Shown here: one piece after another, positions 1 to 7,817 of the stretch | How positions within the stretch are numbered: position 1 is the first letter of the stretch | Layout of the letters: each line of letters opens with the position of its first letter | Origin: Deferribacterales bacterium | GTDB lineage: Bacteria; Chrysiogenota; Deferribacteres; Deferribacterales; Geovibrionaceae | Assembly (NCBI GenBank): GCA_050253075.1 | Contig: JBFWJS010000006.1 | Location: 32,001 to 96,000, forward strand | Length of the DNA stretch: 64,000 nucleotides | Reading direction: 5' to 3' | Notes under the pieces: model-generated | What the model was told of the DNA's origin: nothing | What the model saw: the letters and a program-made list of their open reading frames with translations, nothing else | Database searches by the model: none | Position numbers and translations under genes: made by a program

Positions 1-535
1 TTCACTGGACATGACAAAACAGTATGTAGGAAGCGGCATGAGGAAACTTGTCATAAATGCCGTAGGCGAACATCTGTTTAAAGACGAGATGGAGACATAT
101 TTCAGAACGATTTACAAAGACCGTATGATGGATAACACCGCTGTTATAAAGGGTTTTAAGCCTGTTTTCGAGCTGATAGAAAAGCGTGCGGACATACAGA
201 CGGCGATACTTTCAAATAAGAACCGCCAGATAGTGGACGACATGATTCAGGCATTCAGGCTTCAGCAATACTTTGACCAATGGTACGGCGGAGACAGCTA
301 CGGCGTGAAGAAGCCCGCCCCGGACGGCGTCATCGGGATAATGAGTGAATTCGACTCTGCTCCGTCAGAAACTCTAATGATAGGAGATAGTTCAGGCGAT
401 ATCCTCGCAGGAAAGAGTGCAGGTGCTAAAACTTGCTTTTGCACTTACGGTTATGGTACTCTGAAAAATGTAACGGCTGACTATACGGCCGACTCACCTG
501 CCGATATTCTTGCTATCCTGGAGGATCTGAAGTGA
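1..535 (+). CDS. gph: HAD-family hydrolase, phosphoglycolate phosphatase-like (5' truncated by window edge)
   Basis: HAD motifs LSNK, KKPAP, MIGDS..DI.AG; frame is open upstream of the ATG at 11 to the window edge. Confidence 0.8.
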   Translation, partial: SLDMTKQYVGSGMRKLVINAVGEHLFKDEMETYFRTIYKDRMMDNTAVIKGFKPVFELIEKRADIQTAILSNKNRQIVDDMIQAFRLQQYFDQWYGGDSYGVKKPAPDGVIGIMSEFDSAPSETLMIGDSSGDILAGKSAGAKTCFCTYGYGTLKNVTADYTADSPADILAILEDLK

Positions 536-1833
536 AAAGAAAAGCCTTTTACGCAGACTATATATACTACGAAGGCGAACTGCACAAAGACAAGTATCTC
601 CTTGTCACAGGGGATAAAATACACGGAATAGTCAACCACGCAGACGAGGAAGGCGCCAGCGGATATGAGGTGGAATACTTTCATAACTCTGCCATCTTTC
701 CAGGTCTGGTGAATACCCATACACACCTGCCAATGACACTTTTCAGAGGCATGGCGGACGACCTTGCACTTATGGACTGGCTTCAGAATCATATATGGCC
801 GGCCGAGACAAAATGGCTCTCAGAGGAATTCGTTTTAAACGCTACGGAGCTCGCCGCTATAGAGATGATAAAGTCAGGGACGACAACAAGTTGCGACATG
901 TACTTCATCTCCGACATCATAGCCTCTTCCATAGCGAAAGCGGGCATGAAAGCCGTTATCGGTGCGGGTATACTGGACTTCCCTACTAAATTCGGCAAAG
1001 GTCCCGACGACTACATAGCAAAGGCGGCTGATCTATACCTTAAATATCAGGATAACAAACTGATAGATATATCACTTTGTCCTCATGCCCCATACACAGT
1101 CAGCCCTGATACATATATTAAATGTGTCGAGTTTTGCGGGAAGCACGATATCCTGCTCCACACCCACCTCGCCGAGGCATCAAACGAAAGACCTGATGCT
1201 ATTGAAAAATACGGCAAATCAACAGTACAGATAATGGACGAGGTCGGCGCTTTCGACCTTGATAAATCTATATTCGCCCACTGCGTACACCTCACAGATG
1301 ATGAGATAGATTTGATGGGTAAGAAGAAAGTGAATGTTGCGCTGAATATTCAGAGCAATATGAAGCTGGCTAACGGCTTTGCCCCTGCGCAAAAGATGCT
1401 CGATGCGGGCGTAAACCTAACCATAGGTACAGACGGCGCAGCCAGCAATAACGACCTCGACATGATTAGCGAGATGCAGACACAGGCTCTCGTGCATAAG
1501 GGTGTTCAGATGGATGCCACAGCCTTCCCCGCTGAAACAGTTTTAAAAATGGGGACGGTGAACGGCGCAAACGGTCTGGGGATCAGGAAAACGGGCGAGC
1601 TGAAACGTGGGAACCTTGCGGATTTTATCGTTGTTTCCTATGACGCCCCGCACATGACACCTGTTTACGACCCGATATCACACCTTATATATTCAGCGAA
1701 ATCCACAGATGTGACACACACATACGTAAACGGTCAGTGTCTCATGAAAGACCGCAAAGTGCTCACTCTGGATGAAGAACAGGTTAAAGAAGATGCCCGC
1801 AGATGGGCTCAGAAGATAAAAGAGAATAAATAG
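532..1833 (+). CDS. mtaD: Amidohydrolase, MTA/SAH deaminase (MtaD family)
   Basis: PGLVNTHTH, PHAPYT, HLAE, AHCVH, GTDGAASNN motifs; GTGA overlap with upstream stop. Confidence 0.85.
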   Translation: MKRKAFYADYIYYEGELHKDKYLLVTGDKIHGIVNHADEEGASGYEVEYFHNSAIFPGLVNTHTHLPMTLFRGMADDLALMDWLQNHIWPAETKWLSEEFVLNATELAAIEMIKSGTTTSCDMYFISDIIASSIAKAGMKAVIGAGILDFPTKFGKGPDDYIAKAADLYLKYQDNKLIDISLCPHAPYTVSPDTYIKCVEFCGKHDILLHTHLAEASNERPDAIEKYGKSTVQIMDEVGAFDLDKSIFAHCVHLTDDEIDLMGKKKVNVALNIQSNMKLANGFAPAQKMLDAGVNLTIGTDGAASNNDLDMISEMQTQALVHKGVQMDATAFPAETVLKMGTVNGANGLGIRKTGELKRGNLADFIVVSYDAPHMTPVYDPISHLIYSAKSTDVTHTYVNGQCLMKDRKVLTLDEEQVKEDARRWAQKIKENK

Positions 1834-1849
1834 TAGATAGAGGATTTAA

Positions 1850-3286
1850 ATGGAAGATTACAAAGGTTACTCAAACCCGCTCTCAGAGCGATATGCGAGC
1901 AAGGAGATGCTTTACCTCTTCTCCCCGCATAAGAAATTCACCACATGGAGAAAGCTGTGGATAGCCCTCGCCGAATCTGAAAAAGAGCTCGGCCTGAACA
2001 TCACAGAAGAGCAAGTAGCAGAGCTTAAAGCTAATGTAGAAAACATCGACTTCGAATATGCAGCGCAGATGGAGCGCAAGTTCCGTCACGACGTTATGGC
2101 GCACGTACACACATACGGCGAATGCTGTCCGAAGGCAATGCCTATCATCCACCTTGGTGCGACATCCGCATACGTCGGCGACAACACTGACGCCATTGTA
2201 CTCAAAGAAGGTATGGAGCTGGTGCGTAAAAAGCTCGTAAACGTAATGGACAACATGGCCAAATTCGCACGCCAGTATAAGAATGTCCCTACCCTCGGCT
2301 TTACACACTTTCAGCCGGCACAGCTCACCACAGTTGGTAAGCGTGCATGTCTCTGGCTTCAGGACTTCGTGCTTGATTTCGAAGCTCTTGAATTCGCCAT
2401 TGAGAACATCCGCTTCAGAGGCGTAAAGGGAACAACAGGCACACAGGCATCTTTCCTTCACCTTTTCGACGGAAACCATGAGAAAGTTAAAGAGCTTGAT
2501 AAGATGGTAACAGCTAAGATGGGATTCGACAAAGTCCTCACTATCACAGGCCAGACATACACCAGAAAGCAGGACACGAGAGTGCTTTCCGTACTCGCTC
2601 AGATAGCGGAAACAACCCACAAGATGGCGACAGACCTTCGCCTCCTCGCAAACCTGAAAGAGATCGAAGAGCCTTTTGAGAAGAACCAGATCGGCTCCAG
2701 CGCAATGGCCTACAAGCGTAACCCTATGAGAAGCGAACGTGTGTGCTCACTCGCACGCCACGTCATCGCCCTCGGCATGAACCCATACATGACACACGCC
2801 ACGCAGTGGTTTGAGCGTACTCTGGACGACTCTGCAAACCGCCGTATAGGCATTTCAGAGGCTTTCCTCTGCATAGACTCCATCCTTGAACTGCTTTACA
2901 ATATCACAAACGGACTCGTTGTTTACGAGCGCATGATAGAGAAGCGTGTCATGGAGGAACTTCCGTTCATGGCTACTGAGAACATCATCATGGAGTCCGT
3001 AAAACGCGGCGCAGACAGACAGGAGATGCACGAATCCGTGAGGGTTGCATCTATGGAAGCGGGTAAACGTGTTAAGATGGAAGGCCAGTCAAACGACCTC
3101 CTCGACAGACTCGCAGATGATAAATCTGTTCCGCTGAATAAAGACGAGATACTCGCCCTCCTCGACCCTATTAAGTTCGTGGGACGTGCTCCGGAGCAGG
3201 TCGATCAGTTCCTCGCTGAGGAAGTTGACACTGTAATTTCTACATACTCCGCCCTTCTCGGCATGGACGTAGACATCAAAGTATAA
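1850..3286 (+). CDS. purB: Adenylosuccinate lyase
   Basis: RHDVMAH, GFTHFQPAQ and the GSSAMAYKRNP signature; RBS GAGG. Confidence 0.95.
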   Translation: MEDYKGYSNPLSERYASKEMLYLFSPHKKFTTWRKLWIALAESEKELGLNITEEQVAELKANVENIDFEYAAQMERKFRHDVMAHVHTYGECCPKAMPIIHLGATSAYVGDNTDAIVLKEGMELVRKKLVNVMDNMAKFARQYKNVPTLGFTHFQPAQLTTVGKRACLWLQDFVLDFEALEFAIENIRFRGVKGTTGTQASFLHLFDGNHEKVKELDKMVTAKMGFDKVLTITGQTYTRKQDTRVLSVLAQIAETTHKMATDLRLLANLKEIEEPFEKNQIGSSAMAYKRNPMRSERVCSLARHVIALGMNPYMTHATQWFERTLDDSANRRIGISEAFLCIDSILELLYNITNGLVVYERMIEKRVMEELPFMATENIIMESVKRGADRQEMHESVRVASMEAGKRVKMEGQSNDLLDRLADDKSVPLNKDEILALLDPIKFVGRAPEQVDQFLAEEVDTVISTYSALLGMDVDIKV

Positions 3287-3293
3287 CAAAATC

Positions 3294-3329
3294 GTCATTG
3301 CGAGGAGTGAAACGACGCGGCAATCTTAG
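3294..3329 (+). repeat. GTCA...TCT palindromic element, copy 1
   Basis: GTCATTGCGAGGAGTGAAACGACGCGGCAATCTTAG; ATTGC/GCAAT stem; shares both ends with 3397-3426. Confidence 0.75.
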
Positions 3330-3357
3330 CCCTCGTTTTGTTAAATTATCAAATTCC

Positions 3358-3383
3358 AAGGGGAGCATCTGCTCCCCTTTTTT
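3358..3383 (+). terminator. Intrinsic terminator of purB
   Basis: AAGGGGAG-CATCTG-CTCCCC followed by T6. Confidence 0.85.
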
Positions 3384-3396
3384 ATTCAGCTAATAT

Positions 3397-3426
3397 GTCA
3401 TTGCGAGCAAAGCGAAGCAATCTTAG
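3397..3426 (+). repeat. GTCA...TCT palindromic element, copy 2
   Basis: GTCATTGCGAGCAAAGCGAAGCAATCTTAG; a truncated third copy GTCATGCTGACGAAA lies at 3452-3466. Confidence 0.75.
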
Positions 3427-3471
3427 AAATCATTTCAATACACAATCCATCGTCATGCTGACGAAAATAGT

Positions 3472-4674
3472 TTAAAATTGTACATTGCGGGTGCCGTCTG
3501 GACGCCATGCGGGGGAAATGGTCTTTGCTCCCCTCCTCTTACAGTTTAGGACAGAGGCGTAAGAGACGACCTGCTTGCCGTATTTATCGTTAATTTTATC
3601 AATGGTGTCATATATATCAGGCCAGCCCTGAAAGTCGTCCATGATATTCGAAAGCATAACGCACCCCGGCACTAGAGAGCCGAGTGAAACACCTAAGAGT
3701 CTGATGGGATACCCTGTCCATAGCTCGTCGAATATGGTCATGGCTATCTCGTAAATGTGGTGCGTGGCGGATGTGAAAAAGCCGAAGGTATGCCTGCGCC
3801 CTACTGTGCCCATGTCGCTGTCCCTGATAGTAAGGTGCAGTGTCTTGCCTGAGTAGCCGTTCTTCCTGGCTCTGGCGGAGACCATCTCTGAAAGCTGAAG
3901 GATATATCCTGCTGCGTCTTCTCTGTTGTGCAGGTTATGCGGGATGGTCATGCTGTGTCCGATAGATTTTACGGGTGTTTCTTTGTGTTCTACGCCGTCT
4001 GTATAGCCGCCGTGAGCCATTTGGAATATTTTACTGCCGTTGATGCCAAACATCTCGCAAAGTCGTTCCTCGCCGAATTTACGAATGTCTGCGGTATTGA
4101 ATATGCCCATATTGCGGAATTTATTATTCAGTCTGCGCCCTATCCCCCATATGTCGCCCAGCTCGAAGCTGTCCATAAAGTCCTTTGCCTCGTCTGGCTC
4201 TACCATATAAAAGCCGTCGGGCTTGTGAACGCCTGACGCCATCTTTGCCACGAGTTTGTTCGGGCCTATGCCTATGGAGCAGGTGACGTTGAAGTTGCGT
4301 TTCACGTGGCTTTTTATCATGTATGCGAGCGCCGTAGGGTCCTGTTCGCAGTCGGATATATCTAGGAACGCCTCGTCTATGGAATAAACCTCGACCTCCG
4401 GCGTTATGGTTTTTAAAAATTTGGTTATCTCGGTGGATACGTGGGTGTATATGCGGTTGCTGGTGGTGACAAGCTCCACGGATGGACATATTTTCATAGC
4501 CTCGTATTTGCTCATTCCTGTGCGCACGCCGAGAGCCCTCGCCTCGTAAGAGCATGTGACGACAACGGTACGCTCCCTTGCGCCGATAACGGCTATGGGC
4601 TTACCACGCAGGTGCGGGTTTGCCGCCTGTTCCACAGATGCAAAGAATGCATCCATGTCCATACAGAGGATCAT
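3472..4674 (-). CDS. dinB: Y-family DNA polymerase IV (DinB-like)
   Basis: DMDAFFASVE, SYEAR, SIDEAF, NKLVAKMAS..KP, KSIGHS; catalytic acidic residues intact. Confidence 0.92.
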   Translation of the reverse strand: MILCMDMDAFFASVEQAANPHLRGKPIAVIGARERTVVVTCSYEARALGVRTGMSKYEAMKICPSVELVTTSNRIYTHVSTEITKFLKTITPEVEVYSIDEAFLDISDCEQDPTALAYMIKSHVKRNFNVTCSIGIGPNKLVAKMASGVHKPDGFYMVEPDEAKDFMDSFELGDIWGIGRRLNNKFRNMGIFNTADIRKFGEERLCEMFGINGSKIFQMAHGGYTDGVEHKETPVKSIGHSMTIPHNLHNREDAAGYILQLSEMVSARARKNGYSGKTLHLTIRDSDMGTVGRRHTFGFFTSATHHIYEIAMTIFDELWTGYPIRLLGVSLGSLVPGCVMLSNIMDDFQGWPDIYDTIDKINDKYGKQVVSYASVLNCKRRGAKTISPAWRPDGTRNVQF

Positions 4675-4925
4675 TGTCCGTCACCCTCGTCCATCGCCTC
4701 CAGATACCAGCAGGCATCCATTGCGCTGAACGAAAGCTCAAACACATTAAAACCGTCTGTGACTGTGTATTTATGGATGATGTCGGCTCCGTCTCGCTCT
4801 TTCCATCGATAGCAGATCTCTTTCACGACGACTTTTTCACCGTGAAGGCTGAACCAGACAGGCTTTGGAGAGCTTTCGAAGACAGCTCCGACACGCACCC
4901 GCTCGTGCAGGTTTAAAAGCATCAT
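4671..4925 (-). CDS. Small hypothetical protein (84 aa) coupled to dinB; DUF6504/ImuB-C-like pattern
   Basis: RBS GGAG; ATGA overlap with dinB; P.WF...G....V..I...W...Y.V..G...F.L......W.L pattern. Confidence 0.7.
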   Translation of the reverse strand: MMLLNLHERVRVGAVFESSPKPVWFSLHGEKVVVKEICYRWKERDGADIIHKYTVTDGFNVFELSFSAMDACWYLEAMDEGDGQ

Positions 4926-4963
4926 ATCTCCGATAAATTGTGTATTAGTTTAAGGCGAAAGAC

Positions 4964-5569
4964 CTAAACAGGGTCAAACATATGGCCGCGCTCTGCCATG
5001 CGCATCACCATCTTTAATATGCCGATAACCTCGAAATTGTCGTATTCGGTGACTGGTATCGGGTCGAAGTCTTCGTTTGCCGGCATAAGGAAGATGCCCT
5101 CATCGTTTTGTCTGAATGTTTTAAGGGTTACCTCGCCATTAATGCGGAAGGCTCCTATCTGTCCGTTCAGGATGACAGGGCTTGGCTTTATAAGTACATA
5201 ATCGCCGTCGAGTATTGCCTCATCCTTCATACTGTCGCCGTCGACAGTGAGGAAGAAGTGCCCTCCTGAGCGTATGGTCAGGCGGTCGAGCTTCATATAG
5301 CCTTCGATGTGCTCTTCTGCCTCGACAGGTACGCCCGCCTTGATGCGTCCGAGAACGGGTATGCCCGTATTCGGCATTTCGATGCCTCTGGCTATGCTGT
5401 TTGAACGGTTCAAAAGCCCGTTGTCGCTGAGCCTGTCGAGCATCTTTTTAACGCTGGCGGTGGACGACAGACCGAGCCCCTTGGCTATCTCTCTGATGGA
5501 AGGGCTGTATCCGTTATCCCTGATGAATCCCTCGATAAAGTCCATAAACTTCTTCTGTCTGTCTGTCAT
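4964..5569 (-). CDS. lexA: SOS repressor LexA
   Basis: wHTH PSIREIA; Ala-Gly cleavage site (IKAG); Ser (GDSM) and Lys (VTLK) dyad; start set at the ATG after RBS GAGGTG. Confidence 0.93.
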   Translation of the reverse strand: MTDRQKKFMDFIEGFIRDNGYSPSIREIAKGLGLSSTASVKKMLDRLSDNGLLNRSNSIARGIEMPNTGIPVLGRIKAGVPVEAEEHIEGYMKLDRLTIRSGGHFFLTVDGDSMKDEAILDGDYVLIKPSPVILNGQIGAFRINGEVTLKTFRQNDEGIFLMPANEDFDPIPVTEYDNFEVIGILKMVMRMAERGHMFDPV

Positions 5570-5644
5570 TATGCACCTCACTAATGAGCCTGAAGCCTGC
5601 TCCGCCTGCTGCAAGTCCTTTTGCATCAGCGGGTCAAACCAGAG

Positions 5645-5658
5645 CAAACAAGTGTTCG
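5645..5658 (-). promoter_or_regulatory. Candidate LexA operator (SOS box) CGAAC-ACTT-GTTTG
   Basis: One mismatch to CGAAC-N4-GTTCG, immediately downstream of the predicted -10 of lexA. Confidence 0.55.
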
Positions 5659-5667
5659 CCTATTCTT

Positions 5668-5695
5668 ATTTTAATGTAAAACGGGGTAATGTCAA
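5668..5695 (-). promoter_or_regulatory. Sigma70-type promoter for lexA
   Basis: TTGACA-16 nt-TAAAAT on the minus strand. Confidence 0.6.
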
Positions 5696-5697
5696 TA

Positions 5698-6498
5698 TTA
5701 TTTTGATCTTTTTGCGAATTTGCCCGGGGGCGCACCGATGGATTCACGAAACATCTTAATAAAAGCACTGAGGCTCGAGTATCCCAGATCAAAAGCTATG
5801 CCCGTGACATCCTCCCCCTCTCCCAGCCTTTTTATCGCCTCCTGAAGGCGCAGACGCTTCCGCCATTCGTAGAATGTGAGCCCCGTGTCTTTCAGGAAAA
5901 GTCTGGCAAGGGTGCGGGCACTGGCACCTGCACTTAATGCGTAATCGTCCAATCCCCGCTTATCTGAAGGATCTTTTAAAAGTTCGTTTAAAACCCTCAT
6001 CAGCCTTTCATCACGGGCAAGGGGCAGACGGATATCTGTAGGAACAGCTTCTGAAAGCTCGTCTATGATAACTGTCATGAGGCGGTAAGTTCTGCTCTGT
6101 TTCACATATGTTTGCTTATCGGATATTTTTGACACTAATTCTCTCAGCAGAGGCGAAACTTCGAAAACCATACATTCACCAGAAAGACCCGATGTAAAGT
6201 CGGGGTCGATGAACAGGTTCCGAATTGTGACTTCACCGGGAAAAAAGACCTCGTGCTCTGTGAACGGAGGCACCCATACTGCCTGTGAGCTGGGGACTAT
6301 CCATATATCCTTCTCACAGATAACCTTCATGGTTCCGCTGCCTGCATAGATCAGCTGTCCCCTCGGGTGTTTATGGGGTGCGGCGCAGCCTGCATCTTTC
6401 ACATTCATAGAGAAAGGTATCACGGGCAGATCAGGATTTAAGATGTAGCCTATCTCGACAGGCGGGATAAGTGTCATATTTTCTATATTCATTGACAT
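5698..6498 (-). CDS. AraC-family regulator (cupin + HTH, NimR-like); exact start uncertain
   Basis: HKHPRGQL cupin; SARTLARLF and IAFDLGYSSLSAFIKMFR HTHs. Confidence 0.88.
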   Translation of the reverse strand: MSMNIENMTLIPPVEIGYILNPDLPVIPFSMNVKDAGCAAPHKHPRGQLIYAGSGTMKVICEKDIWIVPSSQAVWVPPFTEHEVFFPGEVTIRNLFIDPDFTSGLSGECMVFEVSPLLRELVSKISDKQTYVKQSRTYRLMTVIIDELSEAVPTDIRLPLARDERLMRVLNELLKDPSDKRGLDDYALSAGASARTLARLFLKDTGLTFYEWRKRLRLQEAIKRLGEGEDVTGIAFDLGYSSLSAFIKMFRESIGAPPGKFAKRSK

Positions 6499-6560
6499 AA
6501 TATAGCAAGATTGCCATATGCTCACAAGTTATATTAGATAAACACTGTCAGGAGGCACAT

Positions 6561-7325
6561 ATGGACAGCAAAGAACATAAGCAGAACATCATAGAGCAAT
6601 TCTCAAAACAGGCGATACCTTTCACAAAGCTGGCGGGGCATTTCGATGCTATGCAGCTATTGGTGGATATGTCTAAGGCTGGGGCTGAGGATAATGTCCT
6701 CGATGTCGCCTGCGGGCCGGGGCTTGTCGCCTGTGAATTCGCAAGGTACTGCGCACATGTCACAGGTGTGGACATCACGCCAGAGATGATAAAGCAGGCA
6801 AAGATATCCCAGTCGGAAAAGCGTCTGGGGAATATGTCTTGGGACATAGGAGAGGCGTATCCCCTTCCCTATGAGGATGATACGTTTTCACTAGTCATCA
6901 CCAGATACAGCTTTCACCACTTTCATGATGTGAGGCAGGCTCTGGCGGAGATGATGCGTGTTTGCAAGCCAGGCGGGCGTGTACTTGTGGCGGATGTAGG
7001 GATCGCTACTGATAAATCCGAGGCGTATGACAAGCTCGAGATGATAAGAGACCATTCCCATGTGCACGCACTCACCACGGAAGAGTTCGAAGAACTTTTC
7101 ATGACGTCGGGGCTGCATAAATGCCGAAAGAGCGAATACGGCGTGGATATAGAGCTGGAGGCGCAGATCGCCGCATCATTCCCAAAGGAGGAAGACGTGC
7201 CGAAGCTGAGAGCTATGGTGACAAACGACATAGGCAAAGACAGGCTGGGGATAAACGCCCGCAGGTTTGGCGGGGATGTTATCTACACTGTGCCCGTTTC
7301 GGTTTATACGGGGTATAAGATTTAG
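6561..7325 (+). CDS. Class I SAM-dependent methyltransferase
   Basis: VLDVACGPG, GVDIT, RVCKPGG; RBS AGGAGG. Confidence 0.9.
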   Translation: MDSKEHKQNIIEQFSKQAIPFTKLAGHFDAMQLLVDMSKAGAEDNVLDVACGPGLVACEFARYCAHVTGVDITPEMIKQAKISQSEKRLGNMSWDIGEAYPLPYEDDTFSLVITRYSFHHFHDVRQALAEMMRVCKPGGRVLVADVGIATDKSEAYDKLEMIRDHSHVHALTTEEFEELFMTSGLHKCRKSEYGVDIELEAQIAASFPKEEDVPKLRAMVTNDIGKDRLGINARRFGGDVIYTVPVSVYTGYKI

Positions 7326-7798
7326 TCAACTTCCTTACAGGTAAAGTCTTTTAGTATGACCTTTGTCATGTTTGTGATCTTATACCTTTCGGCATAGCCG
7401 TCTTTCAGAGATTTGATCATGGTATACTGCCCTTCAGGCATGAGAGCTTCCTGCGCTGTCATCTCCCTGAGGGGCTTTGCGAGGAAAACGCCGACATTGT
7501 AGCGCAGCTTCATAACGAGCTTTGCGTTCTTTTTCAGCGGGAAGTATATCTCAAGGTTTGTATTGCATGTAGTGCCCTTTTTATCACGGCTTTCATACAG
7601 ATTCAGATTATCCAGATAAAGCAGATATCCATCCTCTTCATTAGCGGCTTCACGTATACCCATAGCCGTATATTCGCCGAAAGGCACGTCCATCGCTTCG
7701 TCGAAGCTCTTGTCTGCTCCTGCCTGTTTAACGCTGTAAGTCACTATTATATATGCAAGTATAAAGACTATGACAGTCCCTGTGAGATATTTGATCAT
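7322..7798 (-). CDS. Membrane-anchored hypothetical protein, possibly FliL-like
   Basis: N-terminal TM helix; C-terminal T.QE...PEG...KV...DF pattern. Confidence 0.6.
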   Translation of the reverse strand: MIKYLTGTVIVFILAYIIVTYSVKQAGADKSFDEAMDVPFGEYTAMGIREAANEEDGYLLYLDNLNLYESRDKKGTTCNTNLEIYFPLKKNAKLVMKLRYNVGVFLAKPLREMTAQEALMPEGQYTMIKSLKDGYAERYKITNMTKVILKDFTCKEVD

Positions 7799-7817
7799 TT
7801 TGAATCCTTTTTAATTG

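Noticed and set aside
5570..5647. N-terminal extension of LexA (227-aa ORF call)
   Set aside because: The canonical LexA start MTDRQ has a good RBS; the extension overlaps the predicted operator and leader.
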